Virus record (IMG/VR): IMGVR_UViG_3300033148_004507
DNA length: 62,219 nt
Direction: 5' to 3' (one strand)
Origin: a virus
Lineage: Duplodnaviria > Heunggongvirae > Uroviricota > Caudoviricetes
Position 1 is the first letter of the stretch. Each line of letters starts with the position of its first letter. The notes under the pieces were generated by a model that did not search any database, was not told the DNA's origin, and was given only the letters and a program-made list of their open reading frames with translations. The position numbers and the translations under genes are program-made. Shown in pieces: positions 19,708 through 27,593 of the stretch.

Positions 19708-20031
19708 ATGAAAACTAAGGTAGTTCACTGTAAAAGAGAGAAATTTGATGTGTATATTGGCCGTCCATCTGATTGGGGCAATCCATTTGCTCTGAAGGAT
19801 GGTTATAGTCGGGAGGATGCAATCTGCGATTATAGGAAATGGATACTGACCAGACCTGATTTACTGAGGCGTATCCCAGAGTTGAGGGGCAAGGTCTTGG
19901 GGTGTTGGTGTCATCCAAAGGAATGCCACGGGGACGTTCTTGCAGAGCTTTGTAATGATTGGTCTGATGAGCAGTTGGATGAATTGATTGAGGGTGTAGA
20001 GATTATGCAGGGGATGAAGAAAGATGGATAA
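19708..20031 (+). CDS. DUF4326 domain protein
   Basis: VVHCK...DVYIGRPSDWGNPF...LRGKVLGCWCHPKECHGDVLA. Confidence 0.9.
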   Translation: MKTKVVHCKREKFDVYIGRPSDWGNPFALKDGYSREDAICDYRKWILTRPDLLRRIPELRGKVLGCWCHPKECHGDVLAELCNDWSDEQLDELIEGVEIMQGMKKDG

Positions 20032-20221
20032 AACAGAATATAAGAAAGGTAGTGTGGGTGAATTGAGAGATGCATTAAAGGATGTACCAGATGATTATAT
20101 AATCTGTTCCAGGTCATGCAATGCAAGCCTGGGAAACAATATACAGTTTGCTCGTAAAGTAAACCATATTCTAATAATGGATGATGAGAGAGCAGTAATG
20201 TTGATAGGTGGTTGGGGTTGA
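20024..20221 (+). CDS. Hypothetical protein
   Basis: Operon context. Confidence 0.6.
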   Translation: MDKTEYKKGSVGELRDALKDVPDDYIICSRSCNASLGNNIQFARKVNHILIMDDERAVMLIGGWG

Positions 20222-20226
20222 GATAA

Positions 20227-20415
20227 ATGAAACATTATATTGCTTTAAATAAGAGAGAGAAACAAAGAGAAATAGTCATGCTGGATGTCGATGAGAAATA
20301 TATTTTTTTCATGGGTACAGATGCATTCTTATTTTATAATCCCGACAATTGGGTTTTGATAAGGGAGATAGACCTTTATTATCTATCATTGAGATTAGCG
20401 AATAGGAGGGTGTAG
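20227..20415 (+). CDS. Hypothetical protein
   Basis: Operon context. Confidence 0.5.
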   Translation: MKHYIALNKREKQREIVMLDVDEKYIFFMGTDAFLFYNPDNWVLIREIDLYYLSLRLANRRV

Positions 20416-20418
20416 AAT

Positions 20419-20724
20419 ATGGGTGATGAAATTGATTATTGGATTACCACTACAATAAAGTGGATACATCTGGAGAAGATATTATCTGGAGAAAAGAAGA
20501 TAGAATACAAGGTTAAGAAGCCATTCTGGGACGATAGACTGGGTAAGGCGAAGAGATTGATAGATGAAGGAAAGAATATTGGTATCAATTTTGTTTGCAA
20601 GAAGAGAGGGTATAAGTATCATCTAATTGAGATTGAGTCTCATGATAGGGATGAGCCGATGGACATAGACGGTATCATGACAAAAGAATGGTATGAGAAT
20701 CATCTTGGAGATAGGATTTCATAA
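20419..20724 (+). CDS. ASCH domain protein
   Basis: IKWIHLEKILSGEKKIEYKVKKPFWDDRL. Confidence 0.75.
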   Translation: MGDEIDYWITTTIKWIHLEKILSGEKKIEYKVKKPFWDDRLGKAKRLIDEGKNIGINFVCKKRGYKYHLIEIESHDRDEPMDIDGIMTKEWYENHLGDRIS

Positions 20725-20735
20725 TCAAATCATAT

Positions 20736-20806
20736 AGCCCTGTGGTCTAACGGTATGACACTGGACTTTGAATCCAGTAACTCCAGTTCAACTCTGGGCA
20801 GGGCTA
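20736..20806 (+). tRNA. trnQ: tRNA-Gln (anticodon TTG), archaeal type, no encoded CCA
   Basis: Acceptor AGCCCTG/CAGGGCT (A1-U72); anticodon stem CTGGA/TCCAG with loop CTTTGAA; T-arm TCCAG-TTCAACT-CTGGG. Confidence 0.93.
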
Positions 20807-21030
20807 TTATCTTATATCAAAACTACTAATGTGAAATAAATTAGTGATGTTTACTTATCTCTTGGAAGGCTTAAATATTTAGTCATTTAAGCATAATCGA
20901 ATCAGAAATATGTGAAGGAAAAAATCCAGCATTCACCTATAAATTTTTAATGTTACAACAATTAATAATACCTATATAGTAATTAATGCAATAAGCACTA
21001 TATAGAAAGAGTTTCATTATCATTTATCAT

Positions 21031-21130
21031 AGGTCGGCAGGTAATGGTTGGGCGATTCATACTTTATCTCCTAGGGCAGTGAGGGTGTACACGGCCCTTC
21101 ATGGAGAACCCTTCTGCCAAATGCCGACCT
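21031..21130 (+). other. Putative structured RNA/DNA element in the AT-rich intergenic region
   Basis: Closing stem AGGTCGGCA (21031-39)/TGCCGACCT (21122-30) with inner TCTCC/GGAGA and GAGGG/CCCTTC stems; GC-rich island within AT-rich DNA. Confidence 0.4.
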
Positions 21131-21711
21131 TATTCTATATAATATGTTATAACAATAAGGCATATGGTGTATAGTATTCCTCTCTGCATCAACAAAGATA
21201 AAGAGTGAATATCGGCCTTCGATTTTGATAGTTAGTTATGATTCGAACTTTTGAAGAAAAACAAAATCATCGATATTCCAATATTTTTTGAATTTGAAAT
21301 CAAGCCTGGTAGCCCTACTTGTATCTGTCGAATAAATATATTATATATCTGATATAATTAGTTGATAACTAAATATATATATTAAACCAGACTATTATTA
21401 GGGAAATAAACGAGGTTCGGATTATTCGGCATACCGAAACATAAAGGAGCATTGATGAAGCGATGTTAAATAAATAGATAAGTCTGTTATGTATTATCAT
21501 TACATGATAATAGATGAGTTTGAATCAATATGTTTATAGAGATAAAGAAAGCAGTGATTATGATATATTACCACAATTAGTAAACAATGGAAAATACTGT
21601 ATATTATATACTTATTATAGGTTATCTGAAATAACCTATAATAAAGGGGAAGTGGTTTATTATCCGAACTTACGAAAGGTAGATATATAAAGATATGATT
21701 ATGGTATATCA

Positions 21712-22347
21712 ATGGATTCAAAAGAACACGGTCTTACCTACAAGAGTGCAGTTATGAGCTTTTTATTTAGGTTGACGGAAAACACCGTTACCAAAAAACC
21801 CATCGACAATACTATTGATACATTGTGGGGATATTTGAACAGTGTAGCAAAGGAGAAAGACCATAGATTATGGAGAAGATATGCGAGGGGGCGGGATTAC
21901 GCATCGACAATGTGGAAAGTCCGTATCTTATTTTTACTACTGTATAGAATAAACGTTCTACCTCAGAAGCCTAATATCAAAAATCGGCAGTTCAAGGATG
22001 AACTTGAGGAAGAGAGAGTAGAATTGCGTGGTCTACAATCATGGGTGGTCGAGGATTTAGAGTTGGCGAATTGGATAAATCGACACATCATATATCATTC
22101 ATATATTGATAAGAGACAAATGGATGCGAGTGTTCATATAGATTTGCTATGGTTTGTGCTATCTCCATATGTTGATGAGGAAGCATACTCTGATTGGGAA
22201 TTAATTAATGCTAAGTTCATGGATAAGAACTCTCCAAGGCACAGCATATATGAGGCGAATGTAGAGAAGGTGAAGGTCATATCGAATGTACTATATCGTG
22301 CAGACTTCCAATTTGGTGAGGCACATGAGGACAGTCCGAATGTTTAG
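21712..22347 (+). CDS. Hypothetical protein (first gene after the non-coding region)
   Basis: 211-aa ORF. Confidence 0.7.
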   Translation: MDSKEHGLTYKSAVMSFLFRLTENTVTKKPIDNTIDTLWGYLNSVAKEKDHRLWRRYARGRDYASTMWKVRILFLLLYRINVLPQKPNIKNRQFKDELEEERVELRGLQSWVVEDLELANWINRHIIYHSYIDKRQMDASVHIDLLWFVLSPYVDEEAYSDWELINAKFMDKNSPRHSIYEANVEKVKVISNVLYRADFQFGEAHEDSPNV

Positions 22348-22360
22348 GTGAGGTCATAAA

Positions 22361-23992
22361 ATGGGTGAAGCTATAGCTAGAAAAATAGATGAGGATTTCC
22401 TTACAGAAGATTATGATAATCCATTAAAGAGTTCAAGTTTCATTCACGGAGATAAGACAGATATTAATCCGATACCTGAGAAGTCTGAGAAGAAATATTG
22501 GATTTCAGATTACGCATTAAATAGGATTGCCAAGAACCAGAATTACATGCTACTTATTACTGGAGGAACTGGTTGTCAACCAAAAGGTTCTCAAGTATTG
22601 ATGGCTGATGGTAGTTGGAAAAATATTGAAGATATTAAACTTAATGATGTTATATTATCTCCTCAAAAAAACGGTGGTTGCATCCGTTCAAAAGTTTTGA
22701 AGTTATATGAATGGCAGTCTGATATGTGTTTTCAAATTGTTGATTATAAGAATGAAGTTTTGTATGAATGTTCAGACAATCATGAAATACCACACATAGA
22801 TAATTCCAACAATAAAATAATTCATAAGACAGCTAAAGAACTTTGGGGTATGCACATAAGGACATTTAAAAAAGATATGAGTAAAATATATGTTAAAGTA
22901 ATTCCTAAAAATCCTAAAGGTTCAGAAATAGTTTATGGTTTTACACTCGATAGTCCAAGTAGTTGGTATGTGACAGATAATTGGATGATTACAAAGAATA
23001 GTGGTAAGAGCTATTCAGCAATGGAAATAGCATTAGACATTGACCCCACATTTACTCAAAAGAGGATTGTATTTACAGCATTAGAATTTATGGATTTATT
23101 GATGGTAGACAAGCCACCTCCACGGTCTGTTATAGTATGGGATGAAGTCGGTGTCGAGCTAAGTTCAAGGACATGGTTTTCTGCTCAGAATAAAATGATG
23201 AGCTTCGTATTCGAGACATTCAGGAGAGATAATTTAATTCTAATTATGACAACTCCGAATGTGTCATTTATAGATAAAAAGATTAGGTCTATGCTTCATG
23301 GCTACATGGAAATCTTAGACCCTAGCCAGACTAACAACGTATTTGGCAGGGCCAAGTATTTTCATATAATGCTAAATTTAATGGAGGGCAAGACATATTA
23401 TCAATATCCTAGAACGATAGATGATTGGGGTAGACAAAGGATATTGAGGGGGCGGTCAAGAACCAGTGGTAATATGAACTTCCATTTACCACCAACAGAG
23501 CTTACAGAGCCATACGAGATAAGAAAGAAAGCTCTTGTAGAGAGGGTTAAGCAAGAAACATCAGATGTTCTTAAAGGCATAAAAGCCAAGACGAAATTAT
23601 TGATTCCAGATATTGTAGAAGAGTTGGAAGGCAATCCAAGACTTTATAAATTAAACATATCTGAAGAAGAAATGACGAAAGGACAATTAGTGGCCCACAT
23701 AAATGTTTTACTTTCCATCAATTTCCCAGAGCTGAAGATGTCGAAGGGTGACATAAAGGATGCAATTGAATTTATATTACTGTCAAAAGGAGGGGATGGC
23801 AAAACAAAGACACAGATACGAGATGAAGAGATGGATATGATAAAGAGATTATTCAAATTATATCACGGTAATAAAACTCGCATTGCGAAAGCAATTAATG
23901 TTAGTGATGTTGCATTGGGTAAGAAGATAAAGAAATGGAAGAAAGAAGAACTCTGGGACGAAGTTGAGATTATGAATACGGAGTATATTTAA
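22361..23992 (+). CDS. P-loop NTPase (Zot/FtsK-HerA-like archaeal virus type) with mini-intein and C-terminal HTH
   Basis: Walker A GGTG[intein]SGKS; Walker B IVWDE; LILIMTTP; C-terminal GNKTRIAKAINVSDVALGKKIK HTH. Confidence 0.8.
   Translation: MGEAIARKIDEDFLTEDYDNPLKSSSFIHGDKTDINPIPEKSEKKYWISDYALNRIAKNQNYMLLITGGTGCQPKGSQVLMADGSWKNIEDIKLNDVILSPQKNGGCIRSKVLKLYEWQSDMCFQIVDYKNEVLYECSDNHEIPHIDNSNNKIIHKTAKELWGMHIRTFKKDMSKIYVKVIPKNPKGSEIVYGFTLDSPSSWYVTDNWMITKNSGKSYSAMEIALDIDPTFTQKRIVFTALEFMDLLMVDKPPPRSVIVWDEVGVELSSRTWFSAQNKMMSFVFETFRRDNLILIMTTPNVSFIDKKIRSMLHGYMEILDPSQTNNVFGRAKYFHIMLNLMEGKTYYQYPRTIDDWGRQRILRGRSRTSGNMNFHLPPTELTEPYEIRKKALVERVKQETSDVLKGIKAKTKLLIPDIVEELEGNPRLYKLNISEEEMTKGQLVAHINVLLSINFPELKMSKGDIKDAIEFILLSKGGDGKTKTQIRDEEMDMIKRLFKLYHGNKTRIAKAINVSDVALGKKIKKWKKEELWDEVEIMNTEYI
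22574..22999 (+). mobile_element. Mini-intein (142 aa, no homing endonuclease) inserted in Walker A
   Basis: Starts CQPKGSQVLMADGSWKNIEDI (block A); ends VYGFTLD...WMITKN followed by Ser+1. Confidence 0.9.
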
Positions 23993-24005
23993 CGGAGGAA
24001 TTATA

Positions 24006-24224
24006 TTGAGTAAACCATCGGACAAGAAAAAGAAATTAAGGCGATTTCATTTCACAGACAGAATTATAAAGAGGCGACAAAAGATAATTAGAATTGGGTG
24101 GGGTGTAGAAAATCCAAGTGAGATATTCTGTGCAGGCATGTTAAGAAAATATAATCTTGTTTGCAGTTGTAATATATGTAAGAAGGGTAAAGAGAGAAGT
24201 CATAAAGTGCCGAGGGAGTATTGA
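24006..24224 (+). CDS. Small basic protein with CSCNIC motif
   Basis: GGAGG RBS, TTG start. Confidence 0.6.
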   Translation: MSKPSDKKKKLRRFHFTDRIIKRRQKIIRIGWGVENPSEIFCAGMLRKYNLVCSCNICKKGKERSHKVPREY

Positions 24225-24230
24225 TTTATT

Positions 24231-24680
24231 ATGGGATTAAGATTTGCAGAAAAGAAAGATATGAAAGATATGACTGACATATACAAGGCTACCATCAAGG
24301 ACGAATTCTTCAAGTTTCCCACGATATACATAAACAGGCACATCCAAAGGAATCAGGCCGTTGTATTCGAGTATCAGAATAAGGTAATTGGTTGTTATAT
24401 ATGGACAGTAAATAAGATAGCCAATCCGACTGTATCTAAAAGGTCTAAGATGCCAATAATTTGGCTTGAACAAATCATGGTGAATCCAGATTATCAGGGG
24501 CGCAAGATAGGCAACATACTCATGGGAAGCTTTTTAAAGATGAACGGGAGAGAATTCAGGCTCGTATGTAAGGACAATCTAATAGAGTTCTATAAAAAAT
24601 ATGGGTTTGAAGTAACTGAGACAATCATATCGGACAATCGACAAAAGGTTATAATGACAAAAAGGACAAAAAGTATTTAA
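24231..24680 (+). CDS. GNAT family N-acetyltransferase
   Basis: LEQIMVNPDYQGRKIGNILM (acetyl-CoA motif A); FYKKYGF. Confidence 0.9.
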   Translation: MGLRFAEKKDMKDMTDIYKATIKDEFFKFPTIYINRHIQRNQAVVFEYQNKVIGCYIWTVNKIANPTVSKRSKMPIIWLEQIMVNPDYQGRKIGNILMGSFLKMNGREFRLVCKDNLIEFYKKYGFEVTETIISDNRQKVIMTKRTKSI

Positions 24681-24685
24681 ACAAA
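24669..24685 (+). promoter_or_regulatory. Archaeal BRE/TATA promoter (second copy of AAAAGTATTTAAACAAA)
   Basis: Identical to 18241-18257; about 20-30 nt upstream of the next start. Confidence 0.6.
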
Positions 24686-24704
24686 AAGGGAATTAGAGGT
24701 ATAG

Positions 24705-24986
24705 GTGACGAATATGGAAAATAATACAATAAAAGATAGTGATAGTAAAAAGAAAGAAATATTGAAAATGGGGTGGCTTGTTGCATTAGGGATGGTTGTC
24801 ATATATCTATGCACTATAGTATTCTTCTGGGTTCTTGGAATCACAGAAGTCAAGATGCATATGGTCGGCTTTGTTTCAATAATGATATTGTACCCGATAA
24901 TATTCTTCTGGTTTGGTATCAAGCTTGTCTTAAGGAAGAAATTTTTCCCAGATTTATCATACAGCAATGGAAATGACGAGGAATAA
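24705..24986 (+). CDS. Membrane protein
   Basis: Two TM helices. Confidence 0.65.
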   Translation: MTNMENNTIKDSDSKKKEILKMGWLVALGMVVIYLCTIVFFWVLGITEVKMHMVGFVSIMILYPIIFFWFGIKLVLRKKFFPDLSYSNGNDEE

Positions 24987-24988
24987 TC

Positions 24989-25312
24989 TTGTCTGGCTTT
25001 GACCGCATTCGATATAATCATACGAACATGGAAAAGACTTTCATGGTGCTTGAGAGCATTCTGGAAGCCTTGCCTCCACAACAGAAATCAGTTATGCTGA
25101 ATGCTAAGATATATGGGAGGATGGTCAAGAAATGGCCTATGACCTCAAAGAATACTCTTGTACAACAAGAGATTAAAGTTTATACGATGGATTTAATGAA
25201 CATCTATAAACAATGGGGTAGTAGGCCACAATTTTCAAGTTTACACAATTGGTCAATAAAAGAAGGTGAAGGATATAGATTTACAATAATGTTAAAGAGG
25301 ATGGAGAAATAA
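24989..25312 (+). CDS. Hypothetical protein
   Basis: TTG start with RBS. Confidence 0.6.
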   Translation: MSGFDRIRYNHTNMEKTFMVLESILEALPPQQKSVMLNAKIYGRMVKKWPMTSKNTLVQQEIKVYTMDLMNIYKQWGSRPQFSSLHNWSIKEGEGYRFTIMLKRMEK

Positions 25313-25314
25313 AT

Positions 25315-25439
25315 ATGCCGAAATGTCCTGTATGTAAAAGCCCGACAAAGATGGGTAAATCCTGTAAGCCAAAGGACGACCCATCCAGAAAGAAAATAAA
25401 CAATACATATTGCCCCAGGTGTGGGTGGTCAGATAAAAA
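25315..25439 (+). CDS. Zn-ribbon microprotein, apparently frameshifted (CPVC in one frame, YCPRCGW in +1 frame)
   Basis: ATG 25315; second knuckle starts at 25409 in another frame. Confidence 0.35.
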
Positions 25440-25455
25440 ATAAGGAGGAAATTAA

Positions 25456-25659
25456 ATGGATATTAAGAAGAGTTATTATAATTGGAGTAGGCAAGTGAGA
25501 GGAAAGAGCATTGAAAATAAAATCAGTGACGACAACATGACTGAGAAAGAAGCAAGGGAAATTATCGCAGATTTGATTATCAGATACAAAGTAGACATCG
25601 ATATTGATTTGGGGGAGATGTTGAGAGGCAATGGGAAGGAAAAAGAAAAGAAAGATTGA
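25456..25659 (+). CDS. Hypothetical protein
   Basis: GGAGG RBS. Confidence 0.6.
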   Translation: MDIKKSYYNWSRQVRGKSIENKISDDNMTEKEAREIIADLIIRYKVDIDIDLGEMLRGNGKEKEKKD

Positions 25660-25693
25660 TTTGATATATTGAAGAGATATGGGAGAACTAAAA

Positions 25694-25861
25694 ATGGATA
25701 AAGAATACACTGAATTAATGAAGATATTCGAAAAAGAATATGGCAAGAAACAAAAGGAAAGAGACAAGATAAATTTGGAGATTGAACAATTAGAATTAAA
25801 GAAGAAGGTAATAATATTTGATGCATTGAAGAAAGCTATGAAGATATATGATAAGAAGTAG
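25694..25861 (+). CDS. Small coiled-coil protein
   Basis: K/E-rich; RBS. Confidence 0.55.
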   Translation: MDKEYTELMKIFEKEYGKKQKERDKINLEIEQLELKKKVIIFDALKKAMKIYDKK

Positions 25862-25879
25862 GTATCTGGAGGGTTTTAA

Positions 25880-26053
25880 ATGGTTGAATGTAATAGGTGT
25901 GATGAAGAAATAGATAGATGTGAGAACTGCCATGTTGACATGGTGGTTGAGGCTGATAGGACTGATACAAGATGTTCACCAGATGGACATTTTTGTAGTT
26001 TAGACTGTGCTTTAGACTACTATGAGATTGTAGATAATAAAATAAAGGACTGA
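25880..26053 (+). CDS. 57-aa Zn-finger microprotein (CNRC, CENC, FCSLDC)
   Basis: GGAGG RBS; read directly from sequence. Confidence 0.6.
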   Translation: MVECNRCDEEIDRCENCHVDMVVEADRTDTRCSPDGHFCSLDCALDYYEIVDNKIKD

Positions 26054-26066
26054 TAATGTGACATTA

Positions 26067-26363
26067 CACGGATATAACATCGCCATCAGCGACTCTCTCC
26101 TTGACTCTATCGAGTCAAAGGATAGACTTGGGCAACCGAGCCTATGCGTTGATTAGGAGGCAATAAGAAACATGAAAGAAACTATGCAGAAGTTAGAAGG
26201 GCGAGATACATACACACCCACGAATGCTCCACAAGTTCGTGGCAACTGTGATTCTGTGATTAAACATGACTGCGAGGTAGGTCAAGTGTTGCAGGATTTA
26301 AAAACCCCTTCTAACAACTCCGATGTGGACTTACTCCAGCATACAGGAGGGCATAAGGCCACT
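26067..26363 (+). ncRNA. IscB omegaRNA (5' guide ending about 26084; scaffold from about 26085)
   Basis: Directly upstream of the PLMP domain; scaffold begins ATCAGCGAC (cf. GTCAACTAC-type starts) with hairpin TTGACTC-TATC-GAGTCAA, then GTTGATTAGGAGG and ACACCCACGAATGCTCCACAAGTTCGTGGCAACTGTG as in archaeal IscB omegaRNAs as I recall them; boundaries approximate. Confidence 0.75.
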
Positions 26364-27533
26364 GTGTATGCATATGTGATAAACAAGAATGGACAACCAT
26401 TGATGCCCTGCAAGCCTGCGAAAGCAAGGCATTTGTTGAAGGCAGGCAAGGCAGAAGTAATAAATCGAAACCCATTCACAATTCGCTTACTATGGGATTG
26501 TGAAGATAATGTGCAACCGATTACGCTTGGCATCGATGCTGGCTACAGCAAAGTTGGTTTCAGTGCCGTGTCTGAGGAGAAAGAATTGATGTCTGGTGAA
26601 TTAACTTTAAGGAAAGGCATCTCCAAACTGATAGGGCAGAAAAGCAACTATAGAAAAACACGAAGGGGTAGATTATGGCATAGGCCACCTAGATTCCTAA
26701 ACAGAACAAGGCCAGAAGGCTGGCTTGCACCTAGCATCCAGCACAAGCTAGACAGCCATGTAAGACTTATCAAACAGATGAAATCAATCTTGCCGATAAC
26801 AAGAGTTATAGTCGAGGTTGCGAGTTTTGACATCCAGAAGATTAAGAACCCAAATATTGAAGGTAAAGAATACCAAGAAGGGGAACAAATGGGCTTCTGG
26901 AATGTACGAGAGTATGTTATTCACAGAGACAACCATGCTTGTCAGCACTGTAAGGGTAAAAAGAAAGATAAGATATTGCAGGTACATCACATCAATGATA
27001 GAATAGAAGGTGCTACAGACAGGCCAGAAGAGCTATTGACGGTGTGTAAGATTTGCCACGATGAGCATCATGATGGTGTCGATATAATTCCAACGAAAGA
27101 AATCGAGAGTTTCAAACCAGAGACTTTCATGACGATGGTTCATTGGAAGCTCACAGAAGTCTTAAATTGTGAACATACCTTTGGCTATTTGACTAAAAAT
27201 GGTAGGATTAAACAGGGTCTTGATAAATCTCATGTTAACGATGCCTTTGTAATTGCAAGTGGGATACAGCAGGAACGATGTGAGCTATATAGTGTCACAC
27301 AGGTTAGAAGAAATAACAGGTCTATTCAGTGTAATAGGAAAGGCTACAGGCCATCAATAAGAAGGCAGAGGTATAAATTACAGCCGAATGATTTAGTTAA
27401 ATATAATACAGGAATCCAACGAATAAAAGGAACATCTAGCTATGGTAGGGAAGTATCTTTTAAAGATGGGACACGCTCTAATATAAAAAATATAAAGTTA
27501 ATATGTTATGGAAAAGGGATGTGCTACAATTAA
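26364..27533 (+). CDS. iscB: IscB RNA-guided endonuclease (IS200/IS605 OMEGA system); likely start GTG 26364 rather than 26172
   Basis: PLMP domain (GQPLMPC); RuvC-I LGIDAG; Arg-rich bridge helix RKTRRGR; RuvC-II IVEVA; HNH CQHC...VHHI...CKICH; RuvC-III SHVNDA. Confidence 0.93.
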   Translation: MYAYVINKNGQPLMPCKPAKARHLLKAGKAEVINRNPFTIRLLWDCEDNVQPITLGIDAGYSKVGFSAVSEEKELMSGELTLRKGISKLIGQKSNYRKTRRGRLWHRPPRFLNRTRPEGWLAPSIQHKLDSHVRLIKQMKSILPITRVIVEVASFDIQKIKNPNIEGKEYQEGEQMGFWNVREYVIHRDNHACQHCKGKKKDKILQVHHINDRIEGATDRPEELLTVCKICHDEHHDGVDIIPTKEIESFKPETFMTMVHWKLTEVLNCEHTFGYLTKNGRIKQGLDKSHVNDAFVIASGIQQERCELYSVTQVRRNNRSIQCNRKGYRPSIRRQRYKLQPNDLVKYNTGIQRIKGTSSYGREVSFKDGTRSNIKNIKLICYGKGMCYN

Positions 27534-27593
27534 AATAAACGCAATTAATAAAGAAAGTATAAATATAATATTGATATACTTAGGAGTATTTAA

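Noticed and set aside
21500-21721. Minus-strand 73-aa ORF in the AT-rich gap
   Set aside because: Low-complexity I/Y/H-rich translation with no RBS; more consistent with non-coding control DNA
22361-23992. ATPase as terminase large subunit
   Set aside because: No C-terminal RNase H-like nuclease domain or adjacent portal gene; it ends in an HTH
26172-26363. N-terminal 64 aa of the IscB ORF (MKETMQKLEG...)
   Set aside because: This lies in the omegaRNA scaffold. IscB proteins begin just before the PLMP motif, and GTG 26364 has an upstream GGAGG. It cannot be fully excluded without proteomics.
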